A stretch of DNA of 63,563 nt, counting the filler, from Platydemus manokwari (Eukaryota), in NCBI GenBank assembly GCA_037951405.1. It is 6 parts of 6 records of this genome, joined end to end, with 100 filler letters (N's around TTAATTAATTAA, not from the genome) between each part and the next. Parts side by side here need not be neighbours in the genome. Positions count along the whole stretch, not along the records: positions 51,653 to 63,563 come from JBBMOY010395555.1; 5 more parts are not named here. One strand, 5' to 3'. A model generated the notes under the pieces. The model worked only from the letters and a program-made list of their open reading frames with translations. It did not search any database and was not told the DNA's origin. A program made the position numbers and the translations under genes. This document shows, piece after piece, positions 61,306 through 63,563 of this stretch (positions are counted from its first letter, which is position 1; the number at the start of each line of letters is the position of its first letter).

Positions 61306-63563
61306 TCAAAACATATGTCTCTGTATGGAATTGAGGCATATGTCTTTGTTTTAATTGAAAATAAAAAACTGAAAATTCAAGCACATGTCCTTGTTATGTG
61401 AAACTCGAAAATTTAAACACATGTCTTTCCTTGTTTAGGTTTAAAAATATGTCTTTGTATGTCTTTATTATTTTGAAACTAAAACATATGCTTTGAAAAC
61501 TAACTTAAACAAATTCACAAAGACAATAAGTAAAATTAAAACAACATACGCGCACAAAGCTATGCTTTGTTCCCACACAAAGAGCAGAGAAAAAATAGTA
61601 TAAATACTGGGCAGTGTCTCAGTTAAACTGCCGTACAGTATCTCAGCTAAACTAATTGTCTAGTCTGGATTGCTACCACTATGAGTAATTATTCTCTTTG
61701 TATGATTAATTCTTCGATTATTATTATTGCAATCCGTTTACGGGCTTGTCAATTTTGATATCACAAAAAACTCTAACTCTCTAATCTTCAACCGGGTCCG
61801 GGTCTGTGTCCGAGCTATTAGGCGGCACCGACAATACCCACATTTTCTTTAGGGATAGGATTCGAGTCTTATCTTCTAGTACCTCTTCTCGTACTTGTAG
61901 TTACTAAGGATGTATCACTGTATTGTATTAATAAACATTGTCCATTCATTGTCGTTCGTTTTATTTTAATCTAACAAGAGTGCTAGTATCCGCAATCCTT
62001 GGAGTCAGATTGTTCATTGGAAAAGTCAGCAAATCACTCAACCCGTGAGATACGAAATCTCCACATTACTTTGAAGTCTCGAAGCATTTGTTGGATTGAA
62101 GATAGATTTGCAGCCTTTTTATAATGACAGCCTTTGCTACATCGTTGACGTTTAATTCTTTGTTCACCTTGTCTGTGATTTAACTCTTAATTTTATTATT
62201 TTATTAATTTGGTTTGAGGTTGATTCCCTTATTCTTTATTTTTTAATTTTTATCGAGGACAGGTTTCCACTAACCAAGTTTTCTTACCAATTTATCATAG
62301 TCATATCCAATATATAGACTTAAAATTGAATGAATGTGTGGCAAGAATCTTCACCACAAATATTATTTTACAATTGTTTGTATTAAAAGGCTAAGTAATT
62401 TGATCCGCATATGCAAGTTTCTCCAATAATGCTAATCGATCGGAAAATGAGTTTACTTTTTACTCTGGAATTTTTTTCGTTTTTTGAACTTACGATTTAA
62501 AAAGATATTTTTTCTAATTTTTGATAGTTTAACAGTGCATATTATAAATGATCATCTTGTATATAATTTAATCATCGAATCAGAAATTCTCATAATTTCA
62601 ATATAATCAGCTAATAGAAAACGTTCCTAAATTCAGTAATAAATTCAGGGAAGTGAAGCACGTAAATGCAATACAAAATATGATATAAAATAAAATATAA
62701 GTAATAAAATAATAAAAATAATAAGATATAAATAAAATATAAATTATAAACCAAAGCAATTAAATGAAATAATTATTGCTAGTATCTCGTGATTATCTAA
62801 GAAAATCAATGAGCAACAAATTATGATAAATTGTGAAAACGGGTCCTGTCTAGTGAATTGTTGTGTGATTAACAAGAAAACAAATTTAATTCAATATTTT
62901 ATTTAAACATTTATTTAAAAACTAAGTAATTTTCGAAACATAAATAATTTAATTTATTTGATTATAAATAAATCTTTGAAATCGTCATGTTTATTGAATC
63001 GGAAATTGATTAGAATTGGATTATAGGAATTGATTAATAGAAATTGATTATATGGTGAATTCCCATTCTGGACTAAGCATCGATTCAAAGAGCGATTGAA
63101 ATAATCGAATGAATTGATTTGATTGTTAAGATAGTGTTGAATGGGATTAAGAATCGATACAATGTAGATAGTGTTCAGTTGTGTATCATCAAGAATGTTA
63201 CACTATAATCTTTAACTTACCTGAACTCCAGCAGATACACTTGTTGCTGCTTTCAGTCACTCGTTAATATAATAATAGATAATATTTAAAATATATAGAA
63301 TCAAAAGAATTAAGTCAACACAATAAAATTTATTTTAAAAAGTCAGAAAAGAAAGAACTCCGTTAAGCCATCACGAAGCCAAAAGGGAGTTTTAACACTC
63401 ACCTCTTTTTTTTAAAATTAAAAAAAAAATAAATAAATAAAAAAAAATAAAATAAAAAATAAATAAAATAAAAAAAAACATTTTTGATATACCCTTGAGT
63501 AATAACTTGACACTACTAAAAATAAATAAACATTTATAAAAATGGATCCAAATAAAATCAGAT

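Overview
This window is very AT-rich eukaryotic genomic DNA. It is most likely from a triclad planarian, inferred from 41-61 nt GT-AG introns, a TRAF gene of the type expanded in planarians, and mariner TIRs; the species cannot be confirmed from sequence alone. It consists of six contigs joined by five artificial 100-bp spacers (N44-TTAATTAATTAA-N44), so adjacency across spacers is unproven. Five complete intron-containing genes were spliced by hand: a KDEL receptor (212 aa), a short LARP1-like La-motif protein ending in a PAM2 motif (395 aa), a TRAF (457 aa), TFIIF-beta (273 aa) and RBM34/Nop12 (376 aa). Also present are two internal exons of an UNC5 netrin receptor, an uncharacterised single-pass membrane protein and an F-type lectin + PAN pseudogene. 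Much of the rest is mobile DNA. A non-coding miniature LTR retrotransposon (TRIM-like) family includes one intact copy with LTRs, PBS, PPT and TSD. A dispersed ~700-bp repeat keeps conserved RNA stems (a three-way junction plus three hairpins) with strand-polarised G-U pairs. There are also gag zinc-knuckle relics, hAT MITEs and mariner ends. No tRNA, rRNA or CRISPR array was found.
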